The notes beneath the pieces were generated by a model. The model was not told the origin of the DNA and ran no database searches. It saw only the letters and a list, made by a program, of their open reading frames with translations. From NCBI GenBank assembly GCA_965231775.1, contig OZ246888.1, positions 338,853 through 402,852 on the forward strand: DNA of 64,000 bases, read 5' to 3'. The translations under genes and the position numbers were made by a program. Positions 16,860-26,504 of this stretch are shown piece by piece. Source of the stretch: Candidatus Binatia bacterium (lineage in GTDB: Bacteria; Desulfobacterota; Binatia; Bin18). Every line of letters starts with the position of its first letter. Position 1 is the first letter of the stretch.

Positions 16860-18080
16860 TTAGCGCACTCCTTTGGCATCGCGCTGAGTCCAGCGACCTA
16901 ATTGTGACATATGGACCTCGTCCGGCCCGTCGGCGATGCGGCAGAAGCGGCTGGTCAAAAACACGTGCTGGATCGGCGTGTCCTGACTGACCCCCTTGCC
17001 GCCGAAGGCCTGCGTGGCCCGGTCGGCCACGGTCTGGCACATCTGCGGGGCGACGATTTTGACCATGGAAATGAAATCGCGCGCACCCTTCGGTCCCTCG
17101 CGGTCCATCTTGTCTGCCGCCGCAAGCACCAGCAGCCGGCACTGCTCGATGTCACACCGGGAGCGGGCGATGTCATGTTGGATGCTGGTCTTTTTGCTGA
17201 GGGTCTCGCCAAATGCCACCCGGTCGCCCACCCGCTGGCACATGAGCTCAAGACAGCGCTGGGCCATGCCGACAAACATCATGGCGTACTGAAAGCGGCC
17301 CGGCCCCAATCGGCCCTGGGCAATCTCAAACCCGCGGCCTTCGCCCAGAATGAGGTTCTCTCTGGGGACGCGGACATCCTCAAATACAAGCTCGCCTTCT
17401 CCGCCGGGAGAGTGGTAGCTGCCAAAGGCCCTGAGTGGCCGGACAATCCGAAAGCCCGGCGTGTCAACCGGGACCAGGATGGTCGAGTGCTGGGAATGAC
17501 GCTCCGCCTCGGGATTCGACCTGCCCATGACCAACATGACCTGGCAGCGCTCGCTCAACACCCCGGTGATCCACCACTTGCGCCCGTTGAGCACATAGTG
17601 GTCCCCATCGCGCACGATAGACAGCTCCATATTCGTCGCGTCCGAGGAGGCAACCTGGGGTTCGGTCATGGCATAGGCCGACCGAATCTCCCCGTTCAGT
17701 AAGGGCTTGAGCCACTGCTCCTGCTGGGCCGGCGTCCCGTATTTTGCCAGGACCTCCATATTGCCCCGGTCCGGCGCGCTACAGTTGAAGACTTCCTGCG
17801 CCCAGAACACCTTGGCCATCACCTCCATGAGCGGCGCGAACTCCAGATTGGACAGGCCCGGACTCCAGGGCTCATATTCACGCGGCAGGAACCAGTTCCA
17901 GATACCGGCCGCCTTTGCCTTGCGCTTGAGGTCTTCAAAGAAGGGCGGATATTTCCACAGATTGTTCTGATCCTCGACAAACTCGTAATAGGCGGGCTCG
18001 ACCGGATAGATATGCTCGTCCATGAAGCGCTCAAGTTGTGCTCGCATGGCCAGGATCTTGTCGCTCGGGGCAAAGCTCAT
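16860..18080 (-). CDS. acyl-CoA dehydrogenase family protein
   Basis: ACAD fold motifs (YAMTEP, GRKWWITG, C-terminal FGG.G). 4-bp overlap with the upstream SDR gene. Confidence 0.85.
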   Translation of the reverse strand: MSFAPSDKILAMRAQLERFMDEHIYPVEPAYYEFVEDQNNLWKYPPFFEDLKRKAKAAGIWNWFLPREYEPWSPGLSNLEFAPLMEVMAKVFWAQEVFNCSAPDRGNMEVLAKYGTPAQQEQWLKPLLNGEIRSAYAMTEPQVASSDATNMELSIVRDGDHYVLNGRKWWITGVLSERCQVMLVMGRSNPEAERHSQHSTILVPVDTPGFRIVRPLRAFGSYHSPGGEGELVFEDVRVPRENLILGEGRGFEIAQGRLGPGRFQYAMMFVGMAQRCLELMCQRVGDRVAFGETLSKKTSIQHDIARSRCDIEQCRLLVLAAADKMDREGPKGARDFISMVKIVAPQMCQTVADRATQAFGGKGVSQDTPIQHVFLTSRFCRIADGPDEVHMSQLGRWTQRDAKGVR

Positions 18081-18868
18081 GGCAGGTCCTGCTCTTCCTT
18101 GGCCGCACCCAGGCGTTCCTGCAAACGGTTCATGCCCCTCAGCCAGCGATCATAGTCGCCGGTTTTGCGTTGCATATACTCCAGGACCTGGGGATGCGGC
18201 AAAATAAGGAAACGCTCGGCCCGCAGGCCCTCGACGACCACCTCGGCCAACTCCTCCGGCTCCATCAGGCCGTCAACACTCGCCGCGCGGCTGCTCTCAT
18301 TGTTCTCCAGCATGGGCGTTCTGACCGCTTGGGGACACAGCAGTGAAACCTTGATGCCCTGGTGCGCGTGTGTCAGCGCCAACCACTCCCCAAAGCCGAC
18401 CGTGGCATGTTTGGTCACACCATAGGAGGCCGAACCGATCTGATTGAGCAAGCCCGCGGCCGAGGCGGTATTCAGCAGATAGCCTCCACCCCGGGCAATC
18501 ATGCGCGGCACCAGCGTGCGGGCGGCATAGATATGCGACATGACGTTGACATCCCAACTCTTCTGCCAGACCTCGTCCGAGGTTTCCAGGCCACCGGTCA
18601 GCGCAATGCCGGCGTTGGAACAGAACAGATCGATCGGGCCGATGTCGCGCTCGGTGTGGTCAATCACCCGCACCACGTCAGCCTCTGTGGATACATCCGC
18701 CGTCATGGCGACCGCGCCAATCTCGGCCGCGACCTCAGCCGCCCCGGTCGCGTTCAGGTCCACCACCACGACCGACCGCGCGCCCTCGGCCGTAAAGCGC
18801 CGACACAGCGCTCTGCCGATGCCACTCGCCCCACCGGTGACGACGATGATTTTCTCCTTGAGTTCCAC
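18077..18868 (-). CDS. SDR-family oxidoreductase (GTG start)
   Basis: VVTGGASGIGRA motif. Strong RBS gaggagg lies 7 nt upstream of the GTG at 18868. The track's longer N-terminus lacks support. Confidence 0.75.
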   Translation of the reverse strand: MELKEKIIVVTGGASGIGRALCRRFTAEGARSVVVVDLNATGAAEVAAEIGAVAMTADVSTEADVVRVIDHTERDIGPIDLFCSNAGIALTGGLETSDEVWQKSWDVNVMSHIYAARTLVPRMIARGGGYLLNTASAAGLLNQIGSASYGVTKHATVGFGEWLALTHAHQGIKVSLLCPQAVRTPMLENNESSRAASVDGLMEPEELAEVVVEGLRAERFLILPHPQVLEYMQRKTGDYDRWLRGMNRLQERLGAAKEEQDLP

Positions 18869-18879
18869 CCTCAACCTCC

Positions 18880-20004
18880 TCAGCCCAACTGATACACCCG
18901 GGCGGCATTGCCGCCGACAATTTTGGCCCACTCTTCTTCGGTGCAGTCGGCCAGCAGGTCGCCGAGAAACTCCTGGCTCTTGGGAAAGGTCGATTCGAAA
19001 TGGGGGTAGTCGGAGCCCCACAACAGGCTGTCCACGCCAATGATATCCCGGTCACGAATCCCCAGCCCGTCTTCCTGAAAACTCAAAAAGACGTGGCGAT
19101 GAAAGAACTCGCTCGGCATAATGTCCTCTTTGAAGCGTTCCCCGGCAATCTCCCGTGCGCGCTGGGTATAATTATAGTCCAGACGGTCCAGGAAGTGGGG
19201 CACCCAGGACAGTTCCATTTCGACCGAACCGACCTGGAGTTTGGGATAGCGTTCAAACACGCCGCTGAAAATCATGTCGGTCAGACACACCCGCGGCCAG
19301 TGATCCAGATTGACGAAAAAGGACGGCTTGGCCGCGTCCAGCAGGAGGGCGCTCGGGTCGTCCGGGTCGGGCCGGTTGGTGGTGACGTGCAGGCTGATGG
19401 GTAGGGCCAAGTCCTGGGCTGCGGCCCACACGGGTTCGTACTCCGGCCTATCGTAGCTCATACCGCCCAGGGGCTGAATGGTAATCATAATGCCGCGATG
19501 GCCCAGCTTGGCGCAGTGTTCCATTTCCTCGATCCCCGACGGGATATCGTCGAGGTTAATCATGGCGATACCCCGCAGACGATCCGGAAAGGTGTCGCAG
19601 AACTCGGCCAGCCAGTCGTTATAGACCCGGAACAGGACGGTCAGCAGCTCGCTGTCCTGAATGCGCTGGTAGAGTTGCAGCCCGACGGTTGGATACACCA
19701 GCCCCATGTCGATGCCATCGGCATCCATGTCCTTGATATGCTCTTCCGGGATATAGGCGCCGGGTCGGACATTCTCTATCTTATCCTGAAAGCTCAGTCT
19801 GTCCGGGTCCTCGAAGCGCAGGCCGGCCTGCGCGGCGGCCGCCGCGGTCTGGACTTTAATGCCCTCGCAATACCACCAGTCGCCGTCCTCAGCCGGGATC
19901 ACTCGCGGGGCGCGGTCGCGAAATTTTTTATCCAGCCGCGTCGTCCACAGGTCGAGCGGTTCAAAAATATGATCGTCCGACGAAATGACCTTGTGCTTTT
20001 GCAT
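18880..20004 (-). CDS. amidohydrolase-2 family protein (ACMSD-like metal-dependent hydrolase)
   Basis: MQKHKVISSDDHIFEP...GSDYPH pattern of PF04909-type amidohydrolases. Paralog at 50147-51304. Confidence 0.75.
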   Translation of the reverse strand: MQKHKVISSDDHIFEPLDLWTTRLDKKFRDRAPRVIPAEDGDWWYCEGIKVQTAAAAAQAGLRFEDPDRLSFQDKIENVRPGAYIPEEHIKDMDADGIDMGLVYPTVGLQLYQRIQDSELLTVLFRVYNDWLAEFCDTFPDRLRGIAMINLDDIPSGIEEMEHCAKLGHRGIMITIQPLGGMSYDRPEYEPVWAAAQDLALPISLHVTTNRPDPDDPSALLLDAAKPSFFVNLDHWPRVCLTDMIFSGVFERYPKLQVGSVEMELSWVPHFLDRLDYNYTQRAREIAGERFKEDIMPSEFFHRHVFLSFQEDGLGIRDRDIIGVDSLLWGSDYPHFESTFPKSQEFLGDLLADCTEEEWAKIVGGNAARVYQLG

Positions 20005-20175
20005 ACGATCCCCTCCTATGGAAAGCGCTGTCTTATGGAAAGAACGGTTGTGCCCGCATTATCCGTCTGGAGGCGCAATTTTGTCAATCGAAACTGAGTA
20101 TTTCTGCATTGACCCGTCCGTTCTTTGGCGCTACAGGGAATCTCAGGCATCAATAGTATTGGCAGGAGGGACGAT

Positions 20176-20538
20176 ATGGAACTCAAAGTGACCCGTTGGA
20201 ACAGGCCCGAACCACCCACCCAGTCAGAACTGGTCCGCGCCCTGGAGGCCGAAGGGCTGGCCGCCTATATCGAGGACGACGAACCCAACCATTCCTATGA
20301 GGCGCATACCCACCCGAACGACGAGGTGCTGGTTGCCGTCCTGGGAGAGATCACCCTGGGCGTCGGCGACCAGAAGTGGGTGCTCAAACCCGGCGACCGG
20401 CTCGACCTGCCGGCCAATACGCTGCACTGGGCCGAAACCCCGTCGACCGGTCCCATCCGGCTGTTGGGCGTAAGCATCGGGGATGAATACGATCCGACCC
20501 GCGCAGACCGCTCCGAAGAAACCCGCGCACATCCGTAG
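20176..20538 (+). CDS. cupin domain protein
   Basis: RBS aggagg then ATG at 20176 (MELKV...). Cupin motifs (HTHPNDEVLVAV...G). Confidence 0.7.
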   Translation: MELKVTRWNRPEPPTQSELVRALEAEGLAAYIEDDEPNHSYEAHTHPNDEVLVAVLGEITLGVGDQKWVLKPGDRLDLPANTLHWAETPSTGPIRLLGVSIGDEYDPTRADRSEETRAHP

Positions 20539-20561
20539 GACAGCGCGGAGAAAGAACGCCT

Positions 20562-20963
20562 ATGCCGGCCCGAACCCCCAAGGAAGTAGAAGACCTCTTC
20601 CCCAGGGCGATGAACGCCCGCGATATTGACGCGATGCTGGCGCTCTATGAGCCGGACACGGTGTTCGTGCCTGAACCGGGGCAGGCTCCGGTCCAAGGCG
20701 AGCAGGCTCTCCGCGCGCACTTGCGCACGTTTACCGACGCGCAGCCTGAGCTCTCGACTGAGGTCAGACACGTTGTGCAGGCTGGAGATATCGCCCTGTC
20801 CTGGATTCCCTGGAGTATGAAGCGCACGAGAGCCGACGGCACGGAAGAAACCATCTCCGGCCGGGCGGTCAATGTCGTGCGCCGCCAGCCCGACGGCACC
20901 TGGCGCACGCTGATCGACAATCCATTCTTCGAGGAATACTGGGAAACACCAGCAGAGTCGTAG
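20562..20963 (+). CDS. NTF2-like (SnoaL/DUF4440-like) protein
   Basis: ARDIDAMLALYEPDTVF... is the ketosteroid-isomerase-like fold pattern. Confidence 0.6.
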   Translation: MPARTPKEVEDLFPRAMNARDIDAMLALYEPDTVFVPEPGQAPVQGEQALRAHLRTFTDAQPELSTEVRHVVQAGDIALSWIPWSMKRTRADGTEETISGRAVNVVRRQPDGTWRTLIDNPFFEEYWETPAES

Positions 20964-20972
20964 ATAGCCGGG

Positions 20973-22166
20973 CTACTTCATCGGCGGCGGAATCTCGTGC
21001 GGATCAAGACCCAGTTCTAGCGACCCGAGGCTGGACAGGCAGAAATCGCTGGGCGGAAACTGAATGGCGCCGACCGTACCATCCCGGAACAGCCGTTCCA
21101 GCGGCGAAGTCTTAAACAGGGTGTGCGCGCCGCCGAGGGTCAGGGCGTTGCGCCCGATGCGCGCCGCGGCTTCCCCGACCAGATATTTGGCCCGATACAG
21201 GGCGGCGATGGCGTTCTGCGTCGGGCCTTCGGTGTCGCTCAGCCAGGCCGAGTGATACACGCTCAGCCGTGCCGATTCGAGGTCGGCGTTCATCTCGGCA
21301 ATCTTTCGGCGCACGTCGGGATGATAGGCCATGGCTTGGGTAAAGCCCTTCGGCACCCGCGCCTGCACGACCTTCAGGATTTCGGCGTAAATCGCCGCGG
21401 CCACGCCCAAATAGACCGCCGTATACGAGGCCCAGAACCAGTTTGCCCCGCGGGCAATGGAAGGAAAGAAATTATCGGTGTCAAATACGACCGATTCTTC
21501 AGGCACAAAGCAGTTTTCTAGGAGCAGGCAGTCGCTCCGGGTACCGCGCATCCCCAGGACATCCCAGACCTCCTCAATCGTCTGACCGGGGGCGTCCCGC
21601 GGAACCAGAAAAACGATCGCCGCGCTGGGGGCGGTGGCGTCCTCACGACGGGCCGGGACCGCCCGGAAATCCGCCGCCCCAACCATGGACGAAAAAAACT
21701 TCTTGCCGTCTATGACATAGCCGCCGTCCACCGGTCTCGCCTGGGTGGCCGGGGCGTACGACGCCAGCAGGGCCGAGGTGCTCGCCTCGGACGTCGAGCC
21801 GGCAACCAGATTGTTGCCCTTGACCACCCAGTCTGCCACGCGCCGCTTCACGTCGGGTGTAATCTCGATATTTTCCATCAGATAGCCGACCCAGGCCAGG
21901 TGCATATTGAAGGACAGCGCCGTGGCCGGGCAGCCCAGGGCGAGCTGTTCCAGGGCGAGCGAGTGGCCGAACAGTTGTTCTCCCCAGCCGCCCAGCTCTG
22001 TGGGGATGTTGAGCGTGTGAAACCCGGCCTCGCGCAGCAGGGCATAGTTCTCGACCGGATTGCTCGCCTCGCGGTCGTGCTCGGCCGCCCTGGTGGCAAA
22101 GTCTGTGGCCAGCTCCCGGCACTGGGCCTGAATGCGCTTGTGTTGGGTCGTCAGCTCGAAATTCAT
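20973..22166 (-). CDS. acyl-CoA dehydrogenase family protein
   Basis: ACAD-like domains. Many small antisense and overlapping ORFs in the track are spurious. Confidence 0.75.
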   Translation of the reverse strand: MNFELTTQHKRIQAQCRELATDFATRAAEHDREASNPVENYALLREAGFHTLNIPTELGGWGEQLFGHSLALEQLALGCPATALSFNMHLAWVGYLMENIEITPDVKRRVADWVVKGNNLVAGSTSEASTSALLASYAPATQARPVDGGYVIDGKKFFSSMVGAADFRAVPARREDATAPSAAIVFLVPRDAPGQTIEEVWDVLGMRGTRSDCLLLENCFVPEESVVFDTDNFFPSIARGANWFWASYTAVYLGVAAAIYAEILKVVQARVPKGFTQAMAYHPDVRRKIAEMNADLESARLSVYHSAWLSDTEGPTQNAIAALYRAKYLVGEAAARIGRNALTLGGAHTLFKTSPLERLFRDGTVGAIQFPPSDFCLSSLGSLELGLDPHEIPPPMK

Positions 22167-22296
22167 ACCGCCCCCTTTGCTCTGCCCGGATGCTAGTCTT
22201 CGTTAGGCCGCAGAGTCAAGAGAAAAATACTTTGGCTCTCATCCCCAGTCGTGGTAAGAGACAGGAACGCAGGCGATGATCGCACAGGAGGAGCGT

Positions 22297-23115
22297 ATGG
22301 CTATCGTTGATTTTTCTTTGGATGGCAAAGTCGCCATTGTGACCGGTGGCTCCAAAGGCATCGGCCGGGCGATTGCCCTGGCCTTTGCCGAGCATGGCGC
22401 GGACCTGGTGCTGGCCGCGCGTAGACCGGAAGCCCTGGAGCGGGCCAAACAGGATGTCGCGGCGACCGGTCGCCGCGTTTTGACGGTACAGGCCGATATG
22501 TCGATCAGCGCGGACTGCGACAAGCTGTATCAGGCAACGCTTGAGGAATTCGGCGGCGTCGATATCCTGGTCAATAACGCCGCCGGCGTTTCACTGGTGA
22601 CCCTGGCTGAGGAAAACGAAGCGGATTTCCTCAGAGTCATGAAGACCAATGTCTGGACTCCGCTGCATTTGGCACGGCTGTGTCGGGAGTCCATGCGCCA
22701 GCGCGGCGGCGGCGCGGTGATTAACATCACCTCGAATGAGGGCGTCCGGCCGTCCATGGGTATCGGCACCTATGCCCTGTCCAAGGCGGCCCTGATCAAT
22801 ATGGCCCAACTCCTGGGCAAGGAGTGGGCGGCCGATAAAATTCGGGTGACCTGTATCGCGCCGGGTCTGATCCGGACCGACCTGGCAAAGGATTTGGTCG
22901 AGGCGGTTGAGACCAGCGGCTCGCCGATCAATCCGCAGAAGCGGGTGGGCGAACCCTACGAAATCGCCGGTCTGGCCTTATTCCTGGCCAGCCCGGCCGG
23001 GACGTTTGCGACCAGCATGACCTATGTGGTCGACGGTGGCGAGGTCAGCGCCGGGCCGGGCGACGTGGTGGTCATGACCGCCGAGGAAACGGTCCAGGCG
23101 CAGAAGCAGGACTGA
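22297..23115 (+). CDS. SDR-family oxidoreductase
   Basis: RBS aggagg then ATG at 22297. VTGGSKGIGRA and NNAA motifs. Confidence 0.85.
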   Translation: MAIVDFSLDGKVAIVTGGSKGIGRAIALAFAEHGADLVLAARRPEALERAKQDVAATGRRVLTVQADMSISADCDKLYQATLEEFGGVDILVNNAAGVSLVTLAEENEADFLRVMKTNVWTPLHLARLCRESMRQRGGGAVINITSNEGVRPSMGIGTYALSKAALINMAQLLGKEWAADKIRVTCIAPGLIRTDLAKDLVEAVETSGSPINPQKRVGEPYEIAGLALFLASPAGTFATSMTYVVDGGEVSAGPGDVVVMTAEETVQAQKQD

Positions 23116-23178
23116 AGAACGGATAGTATTCCCAGCGTCTGTTGTGACCCGCGATCCCTGTTGTATAAAGGCCGCCGG

Positions 23179-23415
23179 CTAACCCAGCGTCTGCCGGATG
23201 ATCGCGGCCACACGCTCCTGTTCTTGCGGCACCTCCGGGGGTTCAACCGGAATGGGCAAGCGGTCCAGCTCGTCCTTGACGACGCCGGTGAGCACCTCCG
23301 CCTCGTGGGTTGAGAGCTGCCACTGGGCAACGATGTCCTCGGGGCTCCACTGCACGATCTGTCGAAAGCCGTAATCCGCCACCGCTTTATTGCTAATCTC
23401 GATGAGCTTTTCCAT
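23179..23415 (-). CDS. hypothetical small protein (78 aa), co-transcribed with the SDR
   Basis: RBS aaggggga precedes the ATG. Lies immediately downstream of the SDR gene. No recognised domain. Confidence 0.45.
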   Translation of the reverse strand: MEKLIEISNKAVADYGFRQIVQWSPEDIVAQWQLSTHEAEVLTGVVKDELDRLPIPVEPPEVPQEQERVAAIIRQTLG

Positions 23416-23424
23416 AGTTCCCCC

Positions 23425-24195
23425 TTAGAGCCGACTGGCAACCGACCACGCGCCTCCGTCCACAATAAAGGTCGAACCGCTGATGTAGGAAGACTCGTCC
23501 GATGCCAGAAAGAGAATCGTGTTCGCAATCTCCTCGGGCCGACCAATCCGCCCCAGGGGATGGTAGCGGGCCGCTTTCTCGATGGCTTCCGTACTCTGGG
23601 TGCTGCCACGCGCCTGCGGCGTATCCACAAAACCGGGGGCGATGCAGTTCAGCCGAATGCCCTGAGACGTATATTGGCTGGCGGCTACCGAGTTGAGATG
23701 GATGATGCCGGCCTTACTGACGGCATAGGGTAGGGACTGACCATAGGCCTGGACACCGGCCATGGAGGCAATGTTGACGATGGAGCCGCCGCCGTTTTGC
23801 AGCATGGCCGGGATGGCGGCTTTGCAGCAAAAGAAGAGCCCTTTGAGATTGGTGGACATCATCAGGTCCCAGTGCCGTTCGTCCACTTCGGCTAGCGGTG
23901 GTGTCAGGATCAGGACCCCGGCCGCGTTGACCAGGACGTCCAGGCGACCGAAGCGCTCAACTGTGGCGTCAACCATCTGCGTGACCTGGTCCAGCTTGGA
24001 CACGTCTACGGTCACGGTCTCGATATCCGGGCCGATCTTTTGCGCCAGGCTTTTGGTCTGCTCCAGACCGCCCGGGTTGCGGTCGGCGGCCATGACCGCC
24101 GCCCCTTCTTCGGCGAAGCGGAGCACCGTCGCCCGCCCAATCCCTGAAGCGCCACCGGTCACAAGAGCGATTTTGTCCGTCAGTCTACCGGCCAT
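23425..24195 (-). CDS. SDR-family oxidoreductase
   Basis: LVTGGASGIGRA. Catalytic YxxxK region. Confidence 0.85.
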   Translation of the reverse strand: MAGRLTDKIALVTGGASGIGRATVLRFAEEGAAVMAADRNPGGLEQTKSLAQKIGPDIETVTVDVSKLDQVTQMVDATVERFGRLDVLVNAAGVLILTPPLAEVDERHWDLMMSTNLKGLFFCCKAAIPAMLQNGGGSIVNIASMAGVQAYGQSLPYAVSKAGIIHLNSVAASQYTSQGIRLNCIAPGFVDTPQARGSTQSTEAIEKAARYHPLGRIGRPEEIANTILFLASDESSYISGSTFIVDGGAWSVASRL

Positions 24196-24255
24196 ATTTT
24201 GCCTCCTCTGTTAGATGTAGACCTGCGCGGGTCCTCTTCCGAGATATTCCGGCGT

Positions 24256-25298
24256 TCACACCGGCGCGCCCCAGGTCAGCACGCGCCGCGGATTCTCCAC
24301 GATCAAGGTGTCGATCTGTTCGGTACTCAGGCCGCTGCGACTCAGCATGGGGACGACGTTCTTGACTAGGTGGGCGTAGCCCCAGCCGCCGTAGCGGGTG
24401 AGTTGGACCTTCATCGCAATATCGTGGGACAGGAGCAGCCGCTCCAAAAAACCCGCGTCGATCAGGCGTTTCAGCGCGACGACACTCCCGGCATCCGAGC
24501 CCGTGTAGCGGCCCACGCTGTCCACGTAGTATTCCATGCCAAAGAAGTCGTACTCAACATACGCGCCGCGCTTGGCCAAGGTCGTATGATAGGCCAAGTC
24601 ATCGCCCGTCGGGCTGAGATGGCACAGTATGACCTGATGCGGATTTGCGCCTTCGCCTTCGAGAATATCGAGGACTTCGATGCCGTTTTTCTGCCACGGC
24701 AGCAGATGGACACTGATCGGCGCTCCGGTGCGTCGCTGCGCACGAGCGGCGGCGCGTAAGACCTTCTGCTCGTTCTCGCGCACCTTGAAGCTGGTGCCGA
24801 TCTCGCCGATGAGGCCGGAGCGCACCCCGGTATCGGCAACGCCCTGCATGAGATCGGATTCAATCTCGTCGGCTATCATCTCAACGGACCGATCTACCAT
24901 GTCGTAGGGGTGAGAGCGGCCGATATAATAGCCTGAGCCCATAACGATGTTGATCTCGGTCGCCTGGGCAATTTTTGCTAAGGCCAGCGGTGTGCGTCCC
25001 AGGCCATTATTCGTACAGTCCACCACGCTACCGCCGCCGGCAGTCTTAAACCGGCGCAATTCCTCAATAGCCAGGGCGGTGTCATCCAGGACGCAGTTAT
25101 CCAGATTGCCGAATGGTTCGCGGCGAATTGCGCGAGCGTCGCCATTTCTACCGGCGCATGCACAAATGCCTTTTGCTCCTCGTCTTCGGACTCTTCGCAC
25201 CACACCCGGAGATCGATGAGCAGATGTTCATGCGTCAGGGTAATCCCCAGGGCCTCGGGCTCAATCGGGCCGAGAACGGTCATCACTTTGCCTTGCAT
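24256..25298 (-). pseudogene. phosphotriesterase-related (PTE/Php family) gene, frameshifted
   Basis: The N-terminus MQGKVMTVLGPIEPEALGITLTHEHL (track ORF 24978-25394) is in one frame. The remainder, ...VVDCTNNGLGRTPLAL...GSGYY...HLLPWQ..., is in another (track ORF 24256-25203). The frames switch near 25125-25145. RBS ggaggaagag precedes the ATG at 25298. Confidence 0.6.
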
Positions 25299-25455
25299 TG
25301 CTCTTCCTCCGCCGGAGTCATATTGAGGGAATACGCTATCGAGGCAGATGCAGGCTATACCAACTCTCATTTCAAAGAAAAGAGCGCCGAGCAAATTCTC
25401 GCTGTCTTATTCGGACGGAGGGCTGATCGCGCTCGAATTACAGGAGGCAGCCACC

Positions 25456-26013
25456 ATGCCGAACAGCACGCGACGCATCGTGACCGGACACGACATACAT
25501 GGGCGGGCAACTGTCCTGTCCGACACTCCAGCGCCGGTATTCCACCCAAAGAACCGGCCGGGGGTTGAGGTCACCAATCTATGGGTGACAACCGAGACGC
25601 CCGCCAGCCTGACCGACGCAACCGACCGGACACAGGGGTCGGTCGCCCTGATTCCTCCCGTACACGGTACGGTCTTGCGGATTGTCGAGTTTTCGCCGGA
25701 AAAGGACTGGATCGAGCAGCTAGACCGCAAGGCCGCGCGGGAGAGCTTCGCCTCGTTCGGAGCGGAGCAGGCCCTGGATGACTCGGAGCAGCCCCGGCAT
25801 CCGCTTATGCACAAGACCGAAACGATTGATTACGCGCTCGTGCTTTCGGGTGAATGCCATATGGTCCTGGACGACTCGGAGGTACTGGTCACAGCCGGTG
25901 ACGTGATTATCCAACGCGGCACCAATCACGCCTGGAGCAACCGCTCGGACCGGCCGTGTCGGATTGCCTTTGTGCTGATCGACGGAACAGGGGAGAAACC
26001 GGAGCAGGTCTGA
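25456..26013 (+). CDS. cupin domain protein
   Basis: RBS aggagg then ATG at 25456. C-terminal cupin barrel motifs. Confidence 0.65.
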   Translation: MPNSTRRIVTGHDIHGRATVLSDTPAPVFHPKNRPGVEVTNLWVTTETPASLTDATDRTQGSVALIPPVHGTVLRIVEFSPEKDWIEQLDRKAARESFASFGAEQALDDSEQPRHPLMHKTETIDYALVLSGECHMVLDDSEVLVTAGDVIIQRGTNHAWSNRSDRPCRIAFVLIDGTGEKPEQV

Positions 26014-26113
26014 CAGAGATACCCTTCCGCCCTACCGTCCTTTACGGAGGACTTACCCAGCTCTGCTATTCCGCTGCATTGTCCCAGATCCGTTACCAGA
26101 GTACTCTCTTGGC

Positions 26114-26377
26114 ATGGCTATCGCCCGATCACGCCTGACGGCACAGGGGCAGATTTCCATCCCGGCCGAGATCCGACGCCGACTCGGGATAGGGCCCGGC
26201 GCTGTACTTGAATGGGACCAGGTCGGGGAACAGATCGTCGTCAGAAGGGCCGAACAGTTTACTTCCGAAGATATTCATCGTGCCCTGTTTCCTCAGGGTC
26301 GTCCGAAGAGAGGAACACCTACGGAGATGAAAGAAGGCATAAAACAACACAGCAGAGACCGGTATGGACGCGGTTGA
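26114..26377 (+). CDS. AbrB/MazE/SpoVT-family antitoxin (VapB-like)
   Basis: QISIPAEIRRRLGIGPGAVLEW is the swapped-hairpin AbrB-type antitoxin signature. Confidence 0.65.
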   Translation: MAIARSRLTAQGQISIPAEIRRRLGIGPGAVLEWDQVGEQIVVRRAEQFTSEDIHRALFPQGRPKRGTPTEMKEGIKQHSRDRYGRG

Positions 26378-26504
26378 TATCAATCTCCTGGTCCGGTTGG
26401 TCCCGTGGGCTGGCCCCTTCAGCTCTTTCCTCCGTTTCCCCCTATCCCCCAGGCCGTCCTCTTGCCGTAACTGCGCAAGTTGCTTAGGCTTACGCCTCAG
26501 ATGA
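26364..26504 (+). pseudogene. possible truncated PIN/VapC toxin remnant (46 codons)
   Basis: Overlaps the antitoxin stop in ATGA fashion. It begins MDAVDINLLVRLV (compare the VapC N-terminal LDTNVL region), then runs into low-complexity sequence and the HlyD start. Confidence 0.25.

Noticed and set aside
16617-16901. 94-aa plus-strand ORF overlapping the small Zn-ribbon ORF
   Set aside because: It is opposite-strand overlap with an ORF that is in an operonic position after the ACAD gene. It has no RBS or motif support.
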